DNA of 64,000 nt, taken from assembly GCA_964361785.1 (NCBI GenBank), contig CAYIBX010000002.1:21160-85159 (forward strand), in the 5' to 3' direction. How positions within the stretch are numbered: position 1 is the first letter of the stretch; each line of letters begins with the position of its first letter. Positions 27,201 through 39,200 of the stretch are shown here, in pieces. The translations under genes were made by a program, and so were the position numbers. The stretch is from an uncultured Gammaproteobacteria bacterium. Its GTDB lineage: Bacteria; Patescibacteriota; Microgenomatia; UBA10105; UBA927. The notes under the pieces were generated by a model. That model saw only the letters and a program-made list of their open reading frames with translations, had not been told where the DNA came from and did no database searches.

Positions 27201-30200
27201 TTACCAACAGGTACCGGCAAAACTTATGCTACAGCGTTTGTAGGACTTATGGAGTCGCTTCGGGGACGTCCAGTATTGGTTAGTTCTGCAAATGCTGACT
27301 TGGCAGAGCGAGATCTGAAAAATGTATCAGATTTGTTTACTGCATTTGGAGTGGTTTCGGGAGTAGCAGGCAAAGGACAATATTTAAATCTTCAAGTTCA
27401 AATCACCTATGGTAAATTATCTGATCTAGTTTCATCGTACTCACAGGCATTGCGGCAAGGGATAGACATTCCGATAGCTCAATATGTGTTGATACCTGAT
27501 GAGGGTGATAAGAGTTTACTTCAAGAAGCATTAACTCCCATTGTTATGTCTGAAAGTTTTGGAGATCAAGCAAAGATTACAGATGGAGAAGGGCGACTGC
27601 TCGTTTCTCTCGCCAGAAAAATGCGTAATTGGTCAGGTGATGAATTATATTTGGAAACGGAAATTTCTGATAAGCGGTTGTCTGCCTTGACCCCAAGGGC
27701 TATTGAAGAATTAGCCATGTTGAAGCCGGATTCGCTCAATCAAGATGAATTTAACAGGTATGTTGAATTTGCCAGACAGGCGACGCTTATGACAGAAGGT
27801 ATAGATTATCTTTATGATCCTTATACAGAGGAAATTACCCTTTTGGATAGCGAACAGATGTCTGACTTGGATAAAAAGTTTGAGTCGTCGCTTCAACATG
27901 CGTTGGAAGTCAAACATGGGAGAGCGCATAATTTTTCGGATGTTCATGATGTAGTTGTCGACAAACATACGACGATGGCATTTGTACGACAAGTTGGTAA
28001 AGTGATTGTGTTTACAGCGACAGCATTTGATGAAATAAAAGAATTGGACACATATTATGAACTAGACCTTGCATCAATACCAAGTCCACTTTTGATATCT
28101 CTTGCTAAACAGAACACAGAAGATTCACTTCGATTAGTGCAGTTTTTCCATGCTGAAAGTAACCAGTGGATCTACGCCATTGCACAACGGCAGAATAATA
28201 CATGGGTATTAATTGAAAAAAATCGTGTGGATTATGCACCGAGATTTTTTGTAACTGACGATGCAAAAAAAGAAGGAGTTCTACAAGATGTGAAAGACAT
28301 TCAAACAAATAATCAAGCGGTACTTATTGCAGCGAAAAACGAGGGGTATATGGAAACGCTTGCTGAGGCGATTCCTAATGCGTTAGTCATATCGGAACGT
28401 AATCAATCAAAAAAACAAGAAAGCATACTACAGGCATCAGGTAGTCGTTCAGTCGCTATTGGGACAGCAAACATTGGACGTGGTATTAACTTTCAACCAA
28501 GTCAGGCTTTGCAGGAAGCTGGTGGATTTTTTGGCATGATTACCAGCATTTTAAAGCCAAGCACCTTGTCACAAGTGCGTGGTCGTGTCGCTCGATTAAC
28601 AGTACCTCAGCTTGATTCTTTGTCGTTGCGCGCGTGGGGTGCAACGCGGCAATACCTTTCATTAACTGATCTAAAGGAAGTTCTTGGTAAAAACGACCCT
28701 CGGATATTACGGTTAGAGTATCCTTCTGGCGAAATATTGCCAACAGATAAACGATATAACACGCTTCTTTCATTGCTTACAGAAGCGGAACAAAAGCTTC
28801 AGCAGCAGGAAAAAGTTGCTCGTGATTCTCAGTTTCATCTTGACCATACGTCAGATCGTATTACGTCAACCAAGCGCGCTTTGGCACTCTCTGGATTTGG
28901 CGCTGCTCGTCAGACATACGATTGGATGTTGCGTCGGTTAGCTCAGTTACCAAATCAGAGTCAGGCAGCAGTATATCGAGAACAGATAGAAGCAGCATGG
29001 AAACAGTACTTGCTTGATCTTGAGTACTTGAAGACCACCGCATGGTTAGGAGTGATGGAGGAAAAAATTGAATTTGATGTGTTCTATCAGAAAGAGTCAG
29101 CGAGTTTGTTGCGTCAGATGATTACGACACTTTCTCAAGAAGTACCGGTAGAAGTCTTAACGCCGACTATAAGTATATTAGAAAACGATACTTGTGCAGG
29201 ATCACGTGGAAATTGTGTAGCTGAGGCTCTATTAACTGAGCGTGCTATCGATTCAATTCTTACCAGTAATCTTTCTGTGGTGGATAAAAGTAACTTGCTT
29301 GATGGGTATATCCCAAGTAAGGAAGCAATGCCAGCTCATCAATACGCACAGCATGTAGCTATGCTTGAGCTTGCAAAAACTCAAATTAATCCAAAGATGG
29401 GACAAAAGGCGTCTCAAATAGTGACCTCTGCGATGCAGTATATCAATGCAATACTCGATGGGAATATTACTGTTGCTGATAGGGATGTAACAACAGCTGT
29501 AAAGAAGCGAATGCAAAATATTATAAATGCATTGCAACTGAAGGTGGATTTTGAATCTAAAAATGCAAAAATACGAATAGTAATTACCACTGAGCAACCA
29601 CCTGATCGATTTGCAGCTATCCGTGCTTGGATGCCAGCGCCAGAGACAATTCTTCAAAATCCATTTTTGAAATGGGCGACGCCATTTTTTGCGAGACTTG
29701 GATTGGGTGTCGTACCTCCTTCAAGAGATAATAGTGAAGCTCGAATTGTGATTGATCAGCAGCAACTTTCATCAGGAGCTGATTCAAATACAATAGCACA
29801 ACTTAGTTTGGATGATTTTTTGAAACAGTTCTCTACTATTTCACAGTTGTCATTACAAGGAAAGCGTTTTGAACTTACTGGTCAAATAAGCGTAGAGTCA
29901 CTTATTCGTTTACACACAGAATTATCGTATGAAGCTACCGTATTACTTCTTAAAGACGGGAGACGCATATTGATTGTCGGTAACGAAGAATTTGCAGCTA
30001 AAGAGACGTCTGTAGATAGTTTACTTACAGAATTCGGTGAAGATCAGATAGTTTTGAAGCTTCATTCACATATCGATACAGATCATACACCTATATCTAT
30101 AGGAGATCTTGTCGCGTATGAAGAAATTTTTGGAACACATGTTGTTATCAATGATGATGGCATCATGACATACGCAGTTCCAAACGAGGCCAAGAACGAA

Positions 30201-33200
30201 GACATGAGAGATTATGCTATGGAATTAGTGCAACAAGCGCTTACCAAACAAGGAAGTGGGCTTACAGCATTTAATTTATTATTTGACGACACTTTAGAAT
30301 TTACGAGATTACTAATTATTGAATTACCTAGGGGTAGTTATCAAGAGGATAGTAACGCTGTTATTGAGTTATTTAATAGAAATACTCGAGGAATTAATGA
30401 GCAAAGTGGGGTAAATAAGGAGCAAATCCAATCCGCCGCAGAACAGGTCATGGATACGGTAGAAAAAGTTGCTGAAGTTACCGATCCAACCAAAGACAGT
30501 TGCACCAATTGTCTCAAATTTGCCCACGATTTGCGAGTGTTTCTGGAGAAAGCGTTAAACAAGGATACGCCCGCACGTGAGAAGAGAGAAGCTCTTCAGA
30601 GTGCAAAGAATCTTGTTGACCAACATAACAATGCCAAAAATAGAATTGTGTTAGAAACAGAAGATGCTCTGGCGGAGGTGACAGAGGGAGAGTTGGTTGG
30701 TACAAAAGAAGAATGGGAACAGGCGATTTCAGCAATTGATGAAGCGCTTTCAGAAATTACCAAAGGGTATGATGCGCAATCCGCAGAAGCAAAGGCGATG
30801 CTTACTGCGTTGAAGACGGATTTAGAAAAGTTATTGGGTGCTATCCGTTTTGCGATTATTGCCTCTCCAGCCCCAACTAACAAACTCAATAGTAATAACA
30901 TCAAAGCTCTGAAACTTTCCAATCCTATTTTGAGGTCTGATGGGGATTATCGACAAGCGGCAACTGTAATAGCAAAAGATATCGTAGCGTTTCTCTCTGA
31001 GCTCAAAATCAATTCAGTAGATACAAGTAATAGTCCAGACATTGCGACCTTCATCACTGAGAGGGTAACGCGAGCGGGTATTTCATCAACAGGCGTACAA
31101 TCAACATTTAACGATTTCTTAAGCGACGCCATTCTCGTTGAAGCTGCTAGGCAAGGACTAAATGTAGCGGTTGTTACTGATATACCCCATGAAAACAAAA
31201 AAATCAGAGCAAGAATATCTACTAAGTTCAAACCAAATCTCATAACAACAATCACGAGTGCTTTCAAGAAACTATTGTTAGGCCAGCAACCCACTGAATC
31301 CACTCCCTCATTCTTCCTTCAGCTTTCGTTTGGTTCTACGGGTTCCGAGACACAAGATTTTCAAAAGAATACTTGGTTTTATAACGAATTTTTACATCAG
31401 ATTAAAATTTTCAACCCAGAAAGCTCTCAGATTGAGTATTCCTATTATTCCGGTGAAGTCAATGAGCCAAATCTTGGAGCACCATTAGAGGGTATAGTTG
31501 CAGCTATTCGTAATTGGGCTACGTCATTTTTTGGGAGATTTGGATTGGGTGTTACATCTTCTTTAGAAGATACTGGCGTTCCTCGCATTGTTATTGATGC
31601 AGAGCAGGGGATAGTACTAGAATCACCAATAAAACCAAAAAATCTCCTTTCGGAGATTTTGGTACGCCTAGCAGGTTTGCGTATTGACTGGTCTGATAAC
31701 CTAACGAAAAGGTTACCATTTATCTCACCGTTTGTCAAGTTTTTGGGTGTGGACTCGCCGAGAGTTGAACTCGGTAGACTTGGGTTATCAGACCAGTCTA
31801 GCAAACCTGCCGAGCCCACACCAAAATTAAGTATAGCACAGCAATTCCTCAACGCCATTTTGCCCGCCAATGCACCATGGGCGCGGCCAATACGCGCCTT
31901 TCTTGGCAGGTTCTCACCAAGCTTTTTGACACCACCTCCTCCGGCTATACCGGAACCCACAGGCTTGTCTCCACCATTCTCAGAAAATGATTCGTTCCGT
32001 ATTCAGCAGCGGGAATCCGTGGCAGCGACTATTGTACAGGCATTTCTTACCTTTACCGGCAGGAGCCCTGCTGATCCGTTGGCAAACACATTCAAAACAC
32101 TTCTTTTGGGTGATCCTGCGGTTCTCACACTGTTTACCGAACATTTTTTTGATCCATTACATCAAAAGTCGTTGCCTCCGCTTACCCGCGATATGTTTGA
32201 CAAAAAAGCCTTAGCACAGTTGTCTGATCCCGATATTTGGTTAGCAGAGATGAATACAGCAGGACAAACGCCACAGATGACCTATCGATCTCAAGTATGG
32301 TTACTGTTGGAAGCACTCGGTTGGCGAGTGCTCAGGGTAGATGATGTCCAAGAACTTTATAACGCCAATAATACCGCCAAAAACGTACGAGATCAGCATA
32401 CGATAGGCGATCATCTTCTCAAAATGATTATGGGGATATTTGATAAAGCACGAGACACGATAGATGACGGATCCCGTCAGTATGCGTATCTTCGTGTCAC
32501 GGGGGACAAATATGCCATCATCGTACGGGATATAAACGCGGTAAAAAATGCATCCAACCCTTTGGCACAAGCGTTTGATACGTTGCTGTCTAATCAAAAG
32601 ATGTTGTATCAAAAGGATCGTATAGTATCACTCCCGATAGGACTTCATACATCATTTGAAGAAGAGCTTAGTCTAGAAGATCTGACTCGCATTGACAGGC
32701 AGAAATTTATGCAGGCAGCAAAAAATCAGAAACCGTATACAGGAGAGCAGCTTCAAAATTATCGAAAGACGCACCCTAGGCTCAATGCTATTTTAGACTC
32801 TATTGATACATTAGACACAAATGATGAAGGATTTAAAACGTTTTTGACACAGGTGGTGGCGACGCTGATGGTAGATGATCTGCTTGAGGATACAGCTAAC
32901 GATGTGCAGTCGGCATTGCAGAAAGAAAATCCCGATGAAACACTTCGTGTGTTTCCTGATGTCGCTAGTGTCATTGAGACGGTGCGTACAACCAAAGGCT
33001 ACGGGAATGCGGTGCGCATGTTGCGAGTCGGATTTGCGGGAGTCTTAAAGCATGTCAATACAGATTTTGAAAAAACTCTGGGAGATGCGGCTGGCGATGA
33101 GCTGATTAAGAACCAGTTTCGCCCTGTTGTCGAGTATGTGACGCGGGAGATCCTCCGAAAGACGGGGATCACGGCACAAATCGTATTTCATCCATCGGCT

Positions 33201-36200
33201 AATGATTTTATCATCATGCTGCCGCAAGGTACTCTGGTCGATATCGGAGTGCTCCGTACCGCGTTAGTAAACGCGCTCAATGATCTTTCTATTGGGGGTG
33301 TTTCGTATTATTCTCATCCTTCTTTGTCTATAACAGATGTAGTATTTACAGATGTGGGGTCGCCTTTGGAGCAAGAGGCGGAAAATTTTGTACGTATAGA
33401 TAACGCGTTTGCAGTGCTGGGGGAAGCATCTAATCAAGACGCGCTGAGTTCTATAGATACTCATTTCTATCTAAATGGATTGCCGCAGCAGGGTTTGCCC
33501 GTGCACCATTGGGACTGGCTGAGACGCTATCTTTCTACCAATGTCGTATTAGAAAAGCGCGGACCAATTCGATTGGCAGAATTAGGGGTTACGGAAAAGG
33601 AACGATTGAAACTAGTATCAATTGAGCCAGAAAATAAGTTTGAAAAAGACGAAGATGTGTTAGCCGCCGCAGCATGGCAGAAATCGATCGGTGGATTTGT
33701 AGAGAGGTATGCCAAAAAAGATTTGCCTTGGTGGCAGAGGGCGTTGAAGTGGGTGAGTGATCGCATACCAACTCGGGGTGCTCCAGCCACACCGATACCA
33801 GGTCAAGCGGTGGTGCAGTTATTAGCACCATTTGCAGGTGGTGATCATTTTATAGATTTGCCTCGTGTTCAATCAGCTATTTTTCATCCAACCAGTGCGT
33901 CGCAAGGCACATATGTTCTTGCTTTAGCATCAGGCGAAACTGCGACAGTGAACGGAGTTGCATTATCTTTAAGTGAGCGCATGGAGCTCAATGATCTTGA
34001 TGAAATCTTGATAACAAGAGGTGACTTGCGAGTTCGAGGTGTAATATTTTTCTTTGGACCGTTGGAACCATTGTTTATCCAAACCAGAATTCCAGTACTT
34101 GATGAGACCAAAGAGAAGCAGTTTCCAAGAGAGCAAATAGAGCAACAGTGGAAGCTCATAACTGAAGCAATAAAGAGAAGAATACCGGAAAATCCCCAAT
34201 TACAAAAAGTTATGTTAGCTTTTGAAGCTCGACCTGTAAGTGAAACCATGCCGCTCGAGATGATTCAGGCTGCTGCAAGCGTGGATCAATTAATCCAACA
34301 ACTGTACACGAGATATACGTCTACACTTGTTGCTTATTTATCATTATCGAAAGTACCGAGTGAGGTTATTGGTTTGGACTTACACAAAGCGCCAATTTTA
34401 GAAAACATGTCGTGGTATCGAGAAAAGGATACATGGTCGTACATACTCCATGAGGCAATAAAAATCGATCCTGAGCTCGCATCAGTATTTAAACCATCTC
34501 AATCATACGTTATCGCCAGTTGGTTTATGAATCCGACGAAATATTTGTTACCGACCGTTGATAACCCGAATATCGACGTTGAGCAGTTGTTGTTGGCAAA
34601 TGAGACAATTAAACGGGGGACGGCGTTATTTACCTCAGATACATGGAGGCAGTTACGGGATAGCATTGACTACCATGAAGCAACAACAAAATCAGAGGAG
34701 TTGATGGGATTGGATCCGTTTGAGTTTCATATGATAGCGCAGCGGTATCGCTTTGCTCGGGAAGTAAAATTATTAGCACTTTCTGCAGAATTAAACACTC
34801 AGGCCTCCGATATAGCTCCTGGAAAACCCACACGCCTTTTAAGCGGTGTTGAGGTTACTCTTATAGATGCTTTGCTTTCCAAATCAGTTGATTTTTTGAA
34901 TCCACAAGTATGGGAGGGAAAAACATTAATGAGTTCTAGCAACGATAGAATTTATCGGATTACCGTTGCAGGCCGAGAGTATTTGCTTAAGGAACAGCGT
35001 AGCGCAATGCATCAGAACAGGATTCTTCAGGGTCCGTTCATGGATCGCAATACCAGTCAAATAGAGTTTGAGACGGCTGAGTATATGCGCGAACATGCTG
35101 TAGGCGAGTATGGAGATATCCACGTTAATTGGGAGAGTCCTGTAGGGTTTGTGACATTCCCTGATGGGTACCAATTTGCGGTATTTTTGTATGAGAAAAA
35201 TTTGGAATCACCTGTTACCGATTTTGTCGGTATTCGCAATATGGAAAATAGTAGAGTAAGTGAAATCTATTTGAGAGAGGAAGATACCATTAAGAAATTG
35301 GGCGACGTAATTGTCGCACATCGTGAGCAATTTGAGGGTGAGTTTCAAGCAAGTATTGAGGGATTATCAGAGGAGATAACATTTGCAGACTTTGCAAAGT
35401 CAAAGGCACGATTGATGTACGAGGACGCTGTTCTTTTGATGGAGTTTCTTCCTATTTCTCAAGGGTATTACGTAGGCGATCTTGACGGGTATGATTTTCG
35501 TATCGTTACCAATCCGCGTGTAGCGCTCGAAGTGGTTGGATTTGATTTTGAGATATTTTATCGTTTTGATGGAGAGAAAATGCCAATTGGGTGGGATTAT
35601 CGTACTCAGGAATATATGTATGAGTCCAGAACACAGAAAGAATATTTACAATCATATCTGGATAATTTTGTGACATATAGAAACGGAAGAATATCTGCGG
35701 GGCTATCAAAGAATCTTGATGATGGTGGATCACGCGCTGTATACAAAGTGCTCGTGCAAAAGGATCAAACACAGATGGACATGATCTCTGAAGTGGAGCA
35801 GATGATTAAAGAGCAATCTACTCCTGCCCGTTCTGGTCCGCGACGATTTAGTATCACAGAAGAAAACAAATTACCAGAACTCATCGTCACAAATCCATCG
35901 AGAAATGCATGGTATGAGGAGGTCATGCAAAGAGTAAAAAAATGGTGGGGAGATCGGCAAATTTTATATCTCATACCACCACAACTACAGCCATTTGTTG
36001 GTTCATCTGATGATTCAAATAAGGGAAATGCTGCAAATATAAAGAAGCCTATCACAACAGGGATGCGTTCGGCTATATCTTTCATAGACCAATTATCCCA
36101 ACAACAGCAAGGGAAGGTACAGACAATTCTACAGAGTCGTGAATTTTTTGATTCAGTATTAGTAGGAAAGAGTAATGCTGGAGAATACCTTCAAAAGAAA

Positions 36201-39200
36201 ATTCAACTACTTGTGGGATCACAGCTTACTGTAGGAGAGATTGATGAAATCATTGCGTCCATCCTACAGGAGTATCAAATAGGATGGCGAGTACAACGAA
36301 GGATTCAGGAAGTCCAATCTGGATTGTACCAGCCATATTCACAAGTTGTTTTCAAACAAAAACCTTTTCGACTACTCATAACATACGATTCAAATAATAT
36401 AGATGAGATAAAAAACGGAACGACGCAACAGAAGGAATTTACGTTGCCAGAAGAGTTTATACGTACTGTTCGTCAACGAGGGTATAGTATAGCCTCGGCA
36501 ATGATGATACCGAAGAAAAATGGCGGACTCATGACGGACGTAAGTCAAATTATTGCTGGGATAGCAGCGGCATTGGATGATGCAGATAGTTCATTGGGGA
36601 ATGATCAACGAAGTGTATTAAATATATTGAGTGTAAATGGAGATAATGCTGGCGGGCAAGTATCTCCACTGGTGCAAGATTTTTTTCAAGCTGGGGGTCG
36701 CCCTGAAGATTTACCTCGTTTGTTTACACATCTTCTCGCACTTAACTACAGCCGATATGAAATGTATAAAGATTTTTGGGAACCCGTATTAGCAATGTAT
36801 AACAACACTATTTTACCCACGTTACGTACAAAGGTAGGGGATCAAGCGAAAGGGTTTGATGATGTAACACCGGATAGTATATTTTGGTCGGAATATGAAG
36901 ATCGTATAGGAGTGCTTGGGTCTTATGGCGTTTCATTTGATCTCAAAAATGCTGGTACGTCATATTTTTCGATTTCACCCCAACTTTCTCGTTTAGGAAG
37001 TAATATTGCTACAGTTAGTCATTTTGATAACTCCTCTCAATATCAAACGGTACGAGATGGGCGAATACCTTCTGCCGAAAGAAATATGGCGTTAGGCGTG
37101 TTGATGCATGAGCATATACACGAACAACGCCGACACGAACTAGGAACCATATCGATTCCAATTGGTGATGCGCAAGCTGTCGGTATTTTAGAAGCTCTTA
37201 CCGAGGATGAACAGGTGCGATTAACGGATGAGGTTTATGCTATACATCCAGAGATTTATGGTGCATATGCACGATCTTCCACATACGAAGATGAGCGTGC
37301 TATTAACTCAAAATTTACAGAACTATTTTATATACCAACATCCGTTCAGGAAACATATGCGCGTGCACAAGACCCTATAGGATATATCCAATATATGGAT
37401 CAGCGATTGCATAGCTTGACTCAAGAAGAATATAACAGCTTTATTACACGTCTCTATACTCGTATTCAGATAGGACCGCTACAACGAGATCTACTACTAC
37501 AAAAGCGTGCCGAATCTATCCTTGATATTCGCGAAATGGTAGTAGCTTGGCAAGGATCTTTTTTGCAAAATGTTCAAAATTTGCAAGATATGCAGGATAT
37601 ATCTGGCATTCCGATATCTATAGCAAAGACACAAGATGGTTTGTCACACTGGTGGGAACAAGAGCACTTAGAAGCGCTTATTGAAAACGGATATTTACCC
37701 CAGATTTATTATAGCCAAACATGGGCAGGAAAATACTTGATGAATTTCCAAAAATTAGAAGAGCAAGGACAAATATCTCCGCCTTGGTGGCAGCGGGTAT
37801 GGGGCAATGTGAAAAAATGGTGGGGAGATCAGCAGGTGTTATATCTTGTGCCTCCGCAGTTGCAACCGCTTGATGGTTCATCAAATAGTTTTAATCAGAG
37901 AGGTTCAAATACTATGACTACAATTGAACTCGCCGATGAAGCACCAGTAGCGCACATGCAGCAGTTGTTTCGTAACGACGCCAGTCGTGATTGGCGGGGA
38001 ATTACTGATTTTGATATTCGAAATATTACGGATGGGTCTTCCCGAGCGTATATTGCGAAAGATATGCAAAGTAATCCTGTGGGACTGGCAATTGTGAATG
38101 TTTCACTCGGAAATCCTGACGTACAAGGACAGGTTGCATTATCTGAACTAGCTGTACTTCCAACTGCGCAAGATACTGGGATTGGGACTCAGCTCGTTTT
38201 ACATATACAAACTATTTATCCGTCTATACGATTGCAAATAGGAGAAAATTTGGGTATTCCGAAAGATATTCAGGCGGTTGAAAACACTTCGCGTAATTAT
38301 TTGATACAACAAGCTGAACGGCTACGTTCGTTTTATGAAAATCTTGGTTTTCGAGAAGTTCCTAATTCAATAGGCGGTATGGTTTGGGATGCAACGCAAA
38401 AAACATGGCTCCAAACCCTCGTGACATCAGATTTTCTCGAGTCTTTGCGTCCTGCATTGGAGCAAAAATTAGATGGGAAACCAATCACCATAGATGATTG
38501 GGTAGCGGCAGTGGAGGGGACGAAGGAGTATCAGGCACTTCTTACCAATAGCCCTAATGTAGATGAAATTTCACTTCATGAATATCTTCTCCCCGTACTC
38601 AAAGAACGACAGGAAGTACTTTATGAAAATAATTCCAAAAAAATTCATCAAATTTCGAATGTAAATTCATTATCAGATATATTTGATCAGTTGAAGCTGA
38701 TGGTAGACAAAATTGTCGCAGTGTATGTATTCGAGATTTCAAATATAGCGACGTACGTGGTGGGTAAAGTTTTTGATGAAATAGGATCAGGTTATTTTCA
38801 GGCAATGGAAAACACGCCGCGTTTTGGGCAATTCATGGATTGGTATAGTGGTTGGTTGCACGGTATACCAAATTTCTTTATTCCTGGAATATTTTATTTT
38901 TGGTATCTTTCTAGTTTTGCAGGAGCATTATGGTTTTTGGCATTGGTGACGTTCATTCAAAGAGCTGTGAGAGGATTTGATATAAGAATTTTAACGATTC
39001 AAGAAAAAATATTTGAGAATGGTTTGTCAATACTAGCGATGCTTATTGGAGGTATGTATATTGAATGGCATTCGCATGGAGAAGTTATTGAAGGTATATT
39101 TTTAGATAAAAATGACTGGGGTCAATATATAGCGGCAATTCTTGTCTTTGTGGTAACTCCGTATATATATTCAATATTTCAATCAAAGGGATGGTCTATA

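Noticed and set aside
27060-29135. Annotating this as the housekeeping secA gene
   Set aside because: It is fused in-frame within the giant ORF, is divergent at normally invariant positions (GRGIN, DEGD) and lacks the usual termini.
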